A stretch of DNA of 32,000 bases from Alkanindiges illinoisensis DSM 15370 (GCF_000619845.1 NZ_JHUX01000003.1:1270064-1302063); one strand, 5' to 3'. Shown: positions 19,198 to 28,051, counted from the stretch's first letter. The notes: generated from the sequence alone by a model not told the origin. Made by a program: numbers and translations.

Positions 19198-20262
19198 TTA
19201 TTTTTCTAGTGCGACCTGCAGCTTATCAGCCAATTTTTTAAGCGGCTCCTGCTCTAAAGGCTTGAGCTGCAAAATATTATTGCCACTTTCTTTAAGTGTT
19301 GAAATACTGGTTTGTACCACCAGTTGTTGCTGCTGCAAGCGATTAATCGCATCTTGAAAATTCTGATCGGGCGCAAAATGCTGTGGAATCACTGCCACGA
19401 CCGGACGCATGGCACTCACTGCCTCCATAATCATGGACATAGAATCTATTGTGCAATATACCACCTGACTTAAACCCAGATAACTGGAGGTTACAGGACG
19501 GGGTTTCTCAGACCACCACACTGCATCTAATACATCAACAGGATTTAAGTATTGCCTTAAAATCTGCTCAGCATTGGCACCAGTACGACGTGATGTGGTG
19601 ATAAGCCATTGAATATTATGTTCTACAGCCAGCGCATTCATTTGCAGCGCCAGATTAGACCAGTCACTATCCTGATAATGTGCACCTGCGCCATCTCCAC
19701 CAATCAGCATAGCCCACAACGGCTTTTCAGATTGGCACTGTCCGTGTTGATGCTCTTCAGCCAGCCATGTTTCAGCGGCTTGTTTGAGCAGCGACTGGCT
19801 AATGGGCATGGGAGAAGTTTGCAGACTAATAAACGGCGCTTGGATACTCGGCTCGAGAATCAATACGGCATTAAAGAGTTCAGGCTTTAACTGGCGCAAC
19901 GATCCTGCAAAAATGGTCTTTGCAGCAAATGCCTGCCCGAGCCATGCTACGGCAAACATACTTTTTCCACCTGCACCAATTACCAGATCGGGTTTTCCGC
20001 GGGGTAACTGCCCCCGATAAAAAAAGGGCAACAGGGCAATTGATGGCTTGGTTTGCCTGATTAGCCAGTGATTAAGCAACCAGTTTAAAATACGCCGGTA
20101 AATTCCGCTTTTCAGGCGCAATTCAACCCACTCAACCTTAAGGGAATATAATTGCTCCAGCGCCAGCAAAACGCCTTTGGACTGGTTAAAATGCCCCGGA
20201 ATTCCATCGCTGATCACCCAAACTATTTTTAGGGGCTTAGCATCTGGCCTGATTATAGTCAT
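19198..20262 (-). CDS. ELM1/GtrOC1-family (DUF1022) putative glycosyltransferase
   Basis: 354-aa ATG ORF with family blocks VISDGIPGH, MLIGGDG, WLITTSRRTG and IDSMSMIMEAV. It is a paralogue of 22156-23115. Confidence 0.7.
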   Translation of the reverse strand: MTIIRPDAKPLKIVWVISDGIPGHFNQSKGVLLALEQLYSLKVEWVELRLKSGIYRRILNWLLNHWLIRQTKPSIALLPFFYRGQLPRGKPDLVIGAGGKSMFAVAWLGQAFAAKTIFAGSLRQLKPELFNAVLILEPSIQAPFISLQTSPMPISQSLLKQAAETWLAEEHQHGQCQSEKPLWAMLIGGDGAGAHYQDSDWSNLALQMNALAVEHNIQWLITTSRRTGANAEQILRQYLNPVDVLDAVWWSEKPRPVTSSYLGLSQVVYCTIDSMSMIMEAVSAMRPVVAVIPQHFAPDQNFQDAINRLQQQQLVVQTSISTLKESGNNILQLKPLEQEPLKKLADKLQVALEK

Positions 20263-20264
20263 TT

Positions 20265-21323
20265 TTATTGTGGCGTTCCTTGCTTTAAAACGCTTAAACC
20301 CAGCTCCTGATAGACAGCAATAGTGTTGTCCAGCATGGCGTTAAAACTTAAATGATCTTGTGTAAACTGATAAACTGGTTGAGTCAGGCTATTTAAAGTG
20401 GGCATATCTGACAGGTAGGTTGTCAGCAATTCATGCAAGGCTGTGACATTGTCAGCTTCGCAAATCAGTGCTTGAGGCAGGACCTCAGCCACCATACCCA
20501 CATTGGTTGAGAGCACTGGCGTTTTGGTCAACAAAGCTTCTGCTAATGTATAAGGCCCACCCTCATTACGTGAGGAAATTATAAAAACATCAGATTGTGC
20601 CAGTAAGGCTGGAATATCAGCGCGATGTCCCAACAACTCAATCTTATTTTGCAGTCCCAGTTCTTGAATTTGCTGTGCCAGTGCCTGATAGTCCGGGCCA
20701 TCACCCACAATTTTCAGCGTGGCATTAATACCCTGCCATGCATCAATAAGAATATCAAAGCCCTTGGCCGTCACTAAGCGGCCAATAGCCAGTGCCTGAA
20801 TGGTTTGGCTGGATTTTTCGGGTTTAGCAAAACCGGATGATAGGGTATCAATGGCAACTCCATTTAGTACCACCCGCACATCTCCCTGCTGTTCAAACTG
20901 TGCTGCCACTTGCTGGCTAACTGTAATAATCCGGTCAAACTGTAAAAAAGCCTTGAGCTTGTTTTTCTTGTTATGTAGTGTAGCAACTGAAGGTATATTC
21001 AGCCATTTTAACAAGGGCGCTACCATGCTCACAGCTTTGTTGGCCTGAACATGCAAGACGTCCGGCTGGCTTTTTTTAATGGCTTGATACAGTTGCCACA
21101 AAATCAGCGGATTACGGCGGCTTTTGCTTAAATCGACCGCCAGAAACTGGATGTCCTTGCTAAGACGTTGCTGATATTTGGCATGGGCAATGACACTTAC
21201 TGCATAACCGCGTTCTGCTAGCCCATTGCTCAGCTCAACCACATGTTTTTCCAGTCCACCTTCTTCATCGCCAGCCATAACCATTGTAATTCTAGGAATA
21301 GTTTTAATGACAGGATTATTCAT
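20265..21323 (-). CDS. GT4-family glycosyltransferase
   Basis: ITMVMAGDEEGGLEKHVVELSNGLAERGYAV is a GT-B N-terminus, and the E-x7-E region is SRNEGGPYTLAEALLTKTPVLSTNVG. The track start (21386) is a GTG inside the deacetylase gene. I prefer ATG 21323 (MNNPVIK...), 1 nt after the upstream stop codon. Confidence 0.85.
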   Translation of the reverse strand: MNNPVIKTIPRITMVMAGDEEGGLEKHVVELSNGLAERGYAVSVIAHAKYQQRLSKDIQFLAVDLSKSRRNPLILWQLYQAIKKSQPDVLHVQANKAVSMVAPLLKWLNIPSVATLHNKKNKLKAFLQFDRIITVSQQVAAQFEQQGDVRVVLNGVAIDTLSSGFAKPEKSSQTIQALAIGRLVTAKGFDILIDAWQGINATLKIVGDGPDYQALAQQIQELGLQNKIELLGHRADIPALLAQSDVFIISSRNEGGPYTLAEALLTKTPVLSTNVGMVAEVLPQALICEADNVTALHELLTTYLSDMPTLNSLTQPVYQFTQDHLSFNAMLDNTIAVYQELGLSVLKQGTPQ

Positions 21324-21324
21324 G

Positions 21325-22146
21325 CTACAAGCCTCGCTGACCAGTCCGGATGCGGCATTTAAAGGCCAGCATATTATCCTTACCACTGACTTTAATGCGT
21401 TTTAACTGCAAAAAATCCGGCTTGGGCAACAGCTCGTCAACGCCCTCAACCGTTGTAACTGCAGTCAGGTAACCTGCCTGATCAGCGGCTTCAACATCAG
21501 TTTCGCTATAAATACCAAACGGATAAGCAAAGCTGTTAATAGCCTGTCCGGTTTGCTGTTGCAAGATATAGCGTGATTCGGTCATTTCCTTAAGACGCTG
21601 CTGGTCATCAATGGCAGCCAGATTGGCATGGGTTAAGGTGTGTGAACCAATTTCAATCAGGCCACTATCCACCAGTTGCTTGATTTGCAAATCAGTCAGC
21701 TTGGTTTCGCGTGCCAACTCGCCACTATTATGATGGGCTTTTTTATAACTGGACCAGTCACGCTCGTGGCGATCAACCACCACATAAATTGTAGCTGAGG
21801 CATTGTATTTTTTTAGGATAGGCAATGCATTACTTAGGTTATCTTCATAACCATCATCAAAGGTAATCGCCACGGTTTTATCCGGATGCTTGCCCCAATT
21901 GGCACAGAGCTGATGCATGGTAACAAAGTGAAATCCCTGCTCGCTTAGCCATTTTACTTGTTGTTCAAACTGGGCTGGGGTAACCCGCAACTTGTTAAAT
22001 TTGGCTCCGGCAACATGCTCGCGCACCATGTGATACATCAGGATACGCGGGCGATTCCAGTTTAAATGCGGACGCCACCAGGCATAACGATAGCTAAACC
22101 AGCTTAGGCCAACAATAACGATAAAAAAAACAATCCAGACGCTCAT
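21325..22146 (-). CDS. Polysaccharide deacetylase (NodB/CE4 family), membrane-anchored
   Basis: 273-aa ORF with an N-terminal TM segment (MSVWIVFFIVIVGLSWF) and NodB motifs AITFDDGYEDN and GSHTLTH. Confidence 0.88.
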   Translation of the reverse strand: MSVWIVFFIVIVGLSWFSYRYAWWRPHLNWNRPRILMYHMVREHVAGAKFNKLRVTPAQFEQQVKWLSEQGFHFVTMHQLCANWGKHPDKTVAITFDDGYEDNLSNALPILKKYNASATIYVVVDRHERDWSSYKKAHHNSGELARETKLTDLQIKQLVDSGLIEIGSHTLTHANLAAIDDQQRLKEMTESRYILQQQTGQAINSFAYPFGIYSETDVEAADQAGYLTAVTTVEGVDELLPKPDFLQLKRIKVSGKDNMLAFKCRIRTGQRGL

Positions 22147-22155
22147 GTTCGGTGG

Positions 22156-23115
22156 TTAGCCCTGTAAATGGTGAATCAGCCAGCGCGCTGCACGGTCCGC
22201 TTCATTCAAAGTGATCCTATGCCCTGAATCAATGGCCTTTTTACTTAAGCTCTTGACCAGCCCTTGTGCCAATAGATCATCCACAGCACAGGTAATTCGA
22301 TCCTGTTTAAGACGTGGCATTTGAATCAGGTGTACTTCACAGCCTGCAGTCAGCGCCTCATAGAGCATGGATACACTGTCTTCAGTCACCCATACTACAC
22401 TGGCCAGTTGCAGTTGTTCAAATAACCAGCCTGTAGGGGTCTGCTCAACCGGATACACAGTGACCTGCGGATACTGCTCAGCACTGAGCTGTTTTAAAAA
22501 TTCCTGCTGCAGGAACTCAGGAGGGGTACGACGAGAGGTAGTTAAAATCAACTGTTCATCAGCATGTTGCTGAGCCATAACCTGTTGCACAACTTGCTGC
22601 AACTGGGTAATCAATGCAGCTTCTGACCAGCCATGCCGTTTGGAAGGCCCACCAATCAAAATCAGGTTGCGGCCAGGTTGATGGCGCTGCTCATTCACCA
22701 GCGGATTTAATACGCCTTCTGTTACCAGTATGCCACCCTTGACAGGCGGATGATCATGGCGGGGAATAATCAGGTAGTCAAACCAGCTTACAGGCAAACT
22801 GGGCTGCATTAAAATCAGCGACTTCACATGGTGGCTTTTGTGGCGCACAATTTTTTTGATAATAAGCACTTTCCAGTGCGTGCGGTGACCTACGCCAGTA
22901 ATCAGGTCAGGCATAGGCAATTGATTCAAAATTGCAGGTAAACGCTTGAATAACCAGGAACTAAGCCAGCAGGCCATCAAGGTGAGTAAGGATAACTGCT
23001 GCACTGCAATTTCAGTCAAATGAACTGAACAGGATTGCCGTTTAAGGCCAGCAGCCAAGCCCAGCATTTGTGCCCGGTGGCCTGCCTTGCCATCACTGAT
23101 ATACCAGATTTGCAT
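22156..23115 (-). CDS. ELM1/GtrOC1-family (DUF1022) putative glycosyltransferase
   Basis: 319-aa ATG ORF with MQIWYISDGKAGH, LILIGGPS, LILTTSRRTP and TEDSVSMLYEAL. It is the first gene after ilvE, the position held by gtrOC1 in A. baumannii OC loci. Confidence 0.72.
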   Translation of the reverse strand: MQIWYISDGKAGHRAQMLGLAAGLKRQSCSVHLTEIAVQQLSLLTLMACWLSSWLFKRLPAILNQLPMPDLITGVGHRTHWKVLIIKKIVRHKSHHVKSLILMQPSLPVSWFDYLIIPRHDHPPVKGGILVTEGVLNPLVNEQRHQPGRNLILIGGPSKRHGWSEAALITQLQQVVQQVMAQQHADEQLILTTSRRTPPEFLQQEFLKQLSAEQYPQVTVYPVEQTPTGWLFEQLQLASVVWVTEDSVSMLYEALTAGCEVHLIQMPRLKQDRITCAVDDLLAQGLVKSLSKKAIDSGHRITLNEADRAARWLIHHLQG

Positions 23116-23130
23116 GACTGTTTTACCTGC

Positions 23131-23183
23131 TTAAAACCAAAAAACCTCACCTGCCCGGTTTCAAAGCCAGACAGGTCAGGTTT
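23131..23183 (-). terminator. Rho-independent terminator after ilvE
   Basis: In the minus sense, AAACCTGACCTG pairs with CAGGTGAGGTTT (12-bp stem with 1 mismatch; plus-strand coordinates 23142-23153 and 23172-23183), followed by TTTGGTTTTAA. It begins 8 nt after the ilvE stop codon and ends about 16 nt before the next gene's ATG. Confidence 0.6.
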
Positions 23184-23190
23184 AAGGGAT

Positions 23191-24117
23191 TTAAGCGACT
23201 GGCGTTAACCAGTGACGGTATTTTTCAACTTTTCCAGTCACTGCATCAAAGAAGATTTTTTGCAGTTTTTCAGTGATTGGCCCACGCACACCTGTACCAA
23301 TCGGGCGATCATCATACTCACGGATTGGAGTGACTTCTGCAGCCGTACCGGTAAAGAAGGCTTCATCGGCAATATAGAATTCGTCACGGGTAATGCGACG
23401 CTCAATCACCTGAAGACCTTCATCATGAGCAATCTGGATAATGGTTTGACGGGTAATACCATCCAAACCACCACAGGCCAGATCCGGTGTGTGCAGTACG
23501 CCATCTTTGACCAGAAATACGTTTTCACCTGCGCCCTGACAAACAAAGCCCTGCGGGTCCAATAGCATGGCTTCGTCATAGCCTGCCGTAGTGACTTCCT
23601 GATTAGCCAGAATTGATACCGGATAGTTACCCACCGCTTTGGCTTTACACATGGTGATGTTTGGCTGGTGATGGGTAAATGAAGAGGTTTTGACACGGAT
23701 GCCTTTTTCCATACCCTCAGCACCCAGATAGGCACCCCACGGCCATGCAGCAACAGCCACATGTACCTGATTATTTTTTGCTGCAATGCCCAGTTTTTCC
23801 GAACCAATCCACGCAATCGGACGCAAATAGCAGGATTTCAGGCTATTTTCCCGCACAACTGCTTTTTGTGCTTCCATCAGTGTGTCCAGATCATAGGTCA
23901 CTTTCATTTGGAAAATCTTGGCAGAATTTAGCAGGCGCTGGGTATGCTCGCGCAATTTAAAAATGACGGTACCCTGCTCGGTTTCATAGGCACGCACGCC
24001 TTCAAACACGCCCATGCCATAATGCAGGGTGTGGGTTAACACATGAACTTTTGCATCGCGCCAGTCAACCAGTTTACCATCATGCCAAATTAGACCATCA
24101 CGTTCAGCCATACTCAC
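23191..24117 (-). CDS. ilvE: Branched-chain-amino-acid aminotransferase (class IV)
   Basis: 308-aa ORF with IWHDGKLVDWRDAKVHVLTHTLHYGMGVFEGVRAY, YLRPIAWIG, KAKAVGNYPVSILANQE and FTGTAAEVTPI. The GTG start at 24117 has GGAG 7 nt upstream. An alternative ATG lies at 24111. Confidence 0.95.
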   Translation of the reverse strand: MSMAERDGLIWHDGKLVDWRDAKVHVLTHTLHYGMGVFEGVRAYETEQGTVIFKLREHTQRLLNSAKIFQMKVTYDLDTLMEAQKAVVRENSLKSCYLRPIAWIGSEKLGIAAKNNQVHVAVAAWPWGAYLGAEGMEKGIRVKTSSFTHHQPNITMCKAKAVGNYPVSILANQEVTTAGYDEAMLLDPQGFVCQGAGENVFLVKDGVLHTPDLACGGLDGITRQTIIQIAHDEGLQVIERRITRDEFYIADEAFFTGTAAEVTPIREYDDRPIGTGVRGPITEKLQKIFFDAVTGKVEKYRHWLTPVA

Positions 24118-24200
24118 GGCGTTGTTACTCCAAATTTTTACAAGAATTCTTTAAAAGCCCAGATATAAGCCTTTGTTTGAAAATGCAGAAGGACAAGCAT

Positions 24201-26996
24201 TTAATTATCCATTCCCGCAATAGCGGCTGGATCAATCAAACGTTGCCATAGTGTGCAAACGACCTTGCGGGTCTCAAACCAGTCGGCAGCCTGGACTTGC
24301 ATGGATTGCTGGGCAAGGGCTAACCGGTGGCTCTCGGTACGTTCGCGCAGGTACGCAGCAGTCAGGGCATCAGCATCGCTACGGGATAAGCAGCCTGCTG
24401 TTGCCGTGTCATCAAGGATGCGTACATTATCGGAGAAACGGGCGAGATCGGGATTCGTCCCGCTCCAAGCGAGCACTGCATACTGTGCCATAAATTCAAT
24501 ATCAACGATACCACCTGCGTCCTGTTTTAAATGAAAAATCCCGGCTTTTTGCTGATCACTGCTTGAACCCAAATGATCTTTCATTTTCTGGCGCATGTTT
24601 TTAACTTCCTGCCGCACCATTGCTTCATCTCGCGGACGTGTCAGAATCTGGTGACGGATTTGCTCAAAACGCTGCCTAACCAGTGCATCGCCGGCAATAC
24701 TGCGTGCCCGTACCAATGCCTGATGCTCCCAAAGCCATGCACTTTTTTCCTGATAATGCGCAAAGGCATTCAGGCTTGATACCAGCACGCCTGCTTGCCC
24801 GGATGGCCGCAACCGGGTATCGACCTCATAGGCACGCCCATCCAGCGTTTGCGTCGTCAGCAGCGACATTAATTTCTGCGCTACCTTGACACAAAATTCC
24901 ATGCCGCTAATAGATTTTTTACCGTCAGTATCTGATTGCTCATCCACATCATGTAAAAATACCAGATCAAGGTCTGAGCCATAGCCCAGTTCAATACCGC
25001 CCAGCTTGCCATATCCCACAATCGCAAACGCGGGAGCGTCCATTGTCAGGCTTTCGCCATTACTCCGTTTAGGCAAGCCATGCCGCGCATAAACACTATC
25101 CAGCGCCAGATGCAAACTGGCCTGCAACACCACTTCGGCAATATCAGTCAATGCATCCGACACTTTCATTAAGGGACGCTCGGCCAGCACATCACTGGCT
25201 GCTACGGCCAATACCTGACTTTTCTTGAATAAGCGCAGTACCCGCATTTGTTCTTCAATATCATCCCGCTCTACCCGCAGCAGCAACTGGCGCAGGCTAT
25301 CTTCCAGATCACGATGGGATGACAACTCAAAATCCGTGGATAAAAATTCATCCAGCAACACCGGATAATGAGTTAACTCTTCAGCAATCCACGGGCTTAC
25401 CGACACAATATCAACCAAACGCTGCAAGGCACCCTGATTTTCAACCAGCATCACCAGATACACACTGCGCCTTAAAATACTTTCAATCAGGGGAATTAAC
25501 CGCGTTAAAGCCAGTTGTGGTTTTTGTTTTTTTAATAAAATACGGATCAGTGCAGGCCAAAAGGCATCCAGCCGCAAGCGTGCATTTTCGGGCAGTTTTT
25601 TAATCGCACTGCTGTTCCAGAAGTTTTGCACCAGTTGCCATGTAGGTGGATCAATTTTTTGCTGCAAGGCAAGCAGTGATTCTGAATCATTATGGTTTTC
25701 CAGTTTTTCTGAACGGTCATTAATTAACTGGGCGAACTGCTGGCTCACCACTTGCCGCACCTGCTGGAGCTGTTCCAAAAACGCTGGCCAGTCTTTAAAA
25801 TGAAGGATTTGTGCAATACGTGCCTGAATCTCAGGCTGGATGGGCAGGAGCTGCGTTTGCTGGTCGTCGATAGCCTGAATCGCATGTTCCAGGCGTCTTA
25901 AAAACAGGTAACTGTCCTGCAAGGCGTTTACATCAGCCAGCTCAATTAAGCCTGCCTCGCCTAGTCGCTGCAAGGCCATCAGGCAGTGCTTAACCCGCAG
26001 TTCACGTCGTGCGCCACCATAAATCAGCTGGAACACCTGCACGATAAATTCAATTTCACGGATACCGCCAGCGCCCAGCTTGATATCGTCTTCACTATCG
26101 CGCCGCTGTACTTCACGCTCAATCATGGCTTTCATGTCACGCATGGCTGCAATTGCGGTGTAGTCCACATAACGTCGATATACAAAAGGCCGGGTCATGT
26201 CCATTAGCAGTTGCCCGGCTTTACCACCAGTAATGCCACGCGCCTTGATCCAGGCATAGCGCTCCCACTCACGGCCATGCTGTGCCAGATAACGCTCCAG
26301 TGCGGCATGGCTAATGGCCAGCGCACTGCCATCACCCCAGGGCCGCAGGCGCATATCCACCCGGAACACAAAGCCATCGGCAGTCACCTGATCCAGCATG
26401 CGAATGACACTTTGCCCCCATTGAATACAAAACTGCTGGTTATCAATGGACTTGCGGCCGTTGGTGGCCCCTGCTTCATCAAAGGCAAAAATCAGGTCAA
26501 TGTCACTGGACAGGTTTAACTCCTGTGCACCCAGTTTGCCCATGCCAATCACAATTAAATCCTGAACCTGTCCATTTTCCTCCCCAATCGGCTCTCCATA
26601 ACGGGCGATTAAAGGCTGTTTGGCCAGTTTTACCGCGGATATAATGCAGGCATCCGCAAAATCAGAGAGCTCACGGGTCAGTTGAATCACGTCAGTTAAA
26701 TCATTGGCATCCTGCCAGATCCAGCGCAACATCAAGCGGGCGCGCAATTGGCGGGCTTTTTTCATCCACAGGATTTCTTCGGTACAGGTATCCAGCATTT
26801 GCTGCACCAACATGTTGATCTGTTCGGTTGTCAAGGCCGGTAGAAACTGGTCAATGGCATAATCCTGCATCCACGCATCCGGCAACTGATGCATCACTTG
26901 CCGGGCATAATTGCTGGCCAGTAGCGTACGTTCGTACTGCGCCGAATTAACCAACCCTATGATTCCAGATTGATCTGCCTGTTGAATATCTGCCAT
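24201..26996 (-). CDS. glnE: Bifunctional glutamine synthetase adenylyltransferase/adenylyl-removing enzyme
   Basis: About 931 aa with two nucleotidyltransferase domains (GMGKLGAQELNLSSDIDLIF and GYGKLGGIELGYGSDLDLVFL). I prefer ATG 26996 (MADIQQ...), which has AAGGAAA 6 nt upstream. The track start at ATG 27014 has no RBS. Confidence 0.95.
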   Translation of the reverse strand: MADIQQADQSGIIGLVNSAQYERTLLASNYARQVMHQLPDAWMQDYAIDQFLPALTTEQINMLVQQMLDTCTEEILWMKKARQLRARLMLRWIWQDANDLTDVIQLTRELSDFADACIISAVKLAKQPLIARYGEPIGEENGQVQDLIVIGMGKLGAQELNLSSDIDLIFAFDEAGATNGRKSIDNQQFCIQWGQSVIRMLDQVTADGFVFRVDMRLRPWGDGSALAISHAALERYLAQHGREWERYAWIKARGITGGKAGQLLMDMTRPFVYRRYVDYTAIAAMRDMKAMIEREVQRRDSEDDIKLGAGGIREIEFIVQVFQLIYGGARRELRVKHCLMALQRLGEAGLIELADVNALQDSYLFLRRLEHAIQAIDDQQTQLLPIQPEIQARIAQILHFKDWPAFLEQLQQVRQVVSQQFAQLINDRSEKLENHNDSESLLALQQKIDPPTWQLVQNFWNSSAIKKLPENARLRLDAFWPALIRILLKKQKPQLALTRLIPLIESILRRSVYLVMLVENQGALQRLVDIVSVSPWIAEELTHYPVLLDEFLSTDFELSSHRDLEDSLRQLLLRVERDDIEEQMRVLRLFKKSQVLAVAASDVLAERPLMKVSDALTDIAEVVLQASLHLALDSVYARHGLPKRSNGESLTMDAPAFAIVGYGKLGGIELGYGSDLDLVFLHDVDEQSDTDGKKSISGMEFCVKVAQKLMSLLTTQTLDGRAYEVDTRLRPSGQAGVLVSSLNAFAHYQEKSAWLWEHQALVRARSIAGDALVRQRFEQIRHQILTRPRDEAMVRQEVKNMRQKMKDHLGSSSDQQKAGIFHLKQDAGGIVDIEFMAQYAVLAWSGTNPDLARFSDNVRILDDTATAGCLSRSDADALTAAYLRERTESHRLALAQQSMQVQAADWFETRKVVCTLWQRLIDPAAIAGMDN

Positions 26997-27070
26997 GCTG
27001 TTTCCTTGCTTCATTAGGATTACTGCTCAATACTGCCAATCAGTCCTGCCAGTGAATTACGTGTAGTAAA

Positions 27071-27087
27071 TGATTCATAGTGAATCA
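27071..27087. promoter_or_regulatory. Perfect palindrome TGATTCA-TAG-TGAATCA (candidate operator) in the glnE / SIMPL divergent region
   Basis: 7-bp arms with a 3-bp spacer, read directly. It lies 57-75 nt upstream of glnE and 140 nt upstream of the 27227 ATG. Confidence 0.35.
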
Positions 27088-27089
27088 TG

Positions 27090-27121
27090 AAAACTACAAA
27101 ACTACAAAACTACAAAACTGC
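27090..27121. repeat. Tandem octanucleotide repeat (AAAACTAC)x3 plus AAAACTGC
   Basis: Read directly: four head-to-tail 8-bp units at 27090, 27098, 27106 and 27114, in an intergenic position. Confidence 0.9.
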
Positions 27122-27226
27122 ACCCTGCCAGTGTGTTGCTTACCCTAAAGGAATGCTATATCTGCCATAAGTCAATGTTAAATCCCGTTTTATCACGAAT
27201 AACACCAATCCCTTACAGGAAAAAGC

Positions 27227-27979
27227 ATGAATCAGCCTAGCCATCGTTCATCCCTGTTGCCCTATTTAACACTGGGCGCATTACTGGCACTGGGTTTTAT
27301 CGTTTCAGCGTGGATTTTGGCCCATAGTGCTCAGCAGGTGGCAAGCTCGCGTGAAAGCATTACCGTCAAAGGCACCGCTGAAAAAGCAATCAAGGCAGAC
27401 CGGGCACTCTGGAGTATTAGTATTACAGCCTATGGGGCAACAGTGGGCGAGGCATTGCCCCAGCTTCAGCAAAATGTAACACAGGTTAAAAGCCAGTTAC
27501 TGGCCTCAAAACTTATAAATAGCAGTCAGTTGCAGCAATACGACTGGACGTCAGAACCGGTTTACCAGCGTGATGAACAAGGAAATGAAAACCGGATTGT
27601 GGGTTATACACTCACGCAGCGTCTGGGCGCCGTATTTAATGATGTCAGTATTCCAGAAAAATTAAACACGCAGATTAACCAAATGATTGTTAATGGCCTG
27701 AGCATTGAGCGCAATGATACGCAATATCTGGTGTCCAATATTGAGGGGATTAAACTCTCCCTGATTGCAGCAGCCACCAAAAATGCGCATGACCGGGCGC
27801 TGGAATTTGCCAAAAGCGGTGAGGTAACAGTGGGCACTATGCGCTCTGCCTCACAGGGCGTATTTCAGATCAATGCCCCATTGTCTACTGGTTCTGATGA
27901 ATATGGCGGCGAATACAATACAACCACCATTGATAAGATGGCGCGTGTGGTGGTTACGGTTAATTATGGAATTCAATAA
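27227..27979 (+). CDS. SIMPL-domain (DUF541) protein, membrane-anchored/periplasmic
   Basis: 250-aa ATG ORF with an AGGA RBS and an N-terminal TM segment (LLPYLTLGALLALGFIVSAWILA). ITVKGTAEKAIKADRALWSISI and MARVVVTVNYGI resemble the SIMPL family. Confidence 0.7.
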   Translation: MNQPSHRSSLLPYLTLGALLALGFIVSAWILAHSAQQVASSRESITVKGTAEKAIKADRALWSISITAYGATVGEALPQLQQNVTQVKSQLLASKLINSSQLQQYDWTSEPVYQRDEQGNENRIVGYTLTQRLGAVFNDVSIPEKLNTQINQMIVNGLSIERNDTQYLVSNIEGIKLSLIAAATKNAHDRALEFAKSGEVTVGTMRSASQGVFQINAPLSTGSDEYGGEYNTTTIDKMARVVVTVNYGIQ

Positions 27980-28011
27980 CCTGTTTTTGTATGAACTTCA
28001 CTGCAACAGCA

Positions 28012-28051
28012 TTGCTTTGACCAACCCAATAGTTTGAGCTGGTCAAAGCGA
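28012..28051. terminator. Hairpin between convergent SIMPL gene and histidine kinase gene (possible terminator)
   Basis: GCTTTGACCA (28014-28023) pairs with TGGTCAAAGC (28040-28049), a perfect 10-bp stem with a 16-nt loop. No immediately adjacent U-run is present (T6 starts 15 nt downstream), so it is not canonical. Confidence 0.3.

Larger units (their letters stand above)
27045..27133. repeat. 10-bp direct repeat CCTGCCAGTG (27045-27054 and 27124-27133) bracketing the palindrome and octamer array
   Basis: Read directly. The CTGCCA hexamer occurs four times between 27033 and 27159. Confidence 0.5.

Noticed and set aside
27090-27121. Possible CRISPR array or minisatellite
   Set aside because: The units are only 8 bp, directly abutting with no spacers, and no cas genes are present. 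It is reported as a simple tandem repeat instead.
27119-27135. NtrC-like site (TGCACC-n5-...) upstream of glnE
   Set aside because: Only the left half-site TGCACC matches. The right half (AGTGTG versus GGTGCA) is poor, so it is not supportable by eye.
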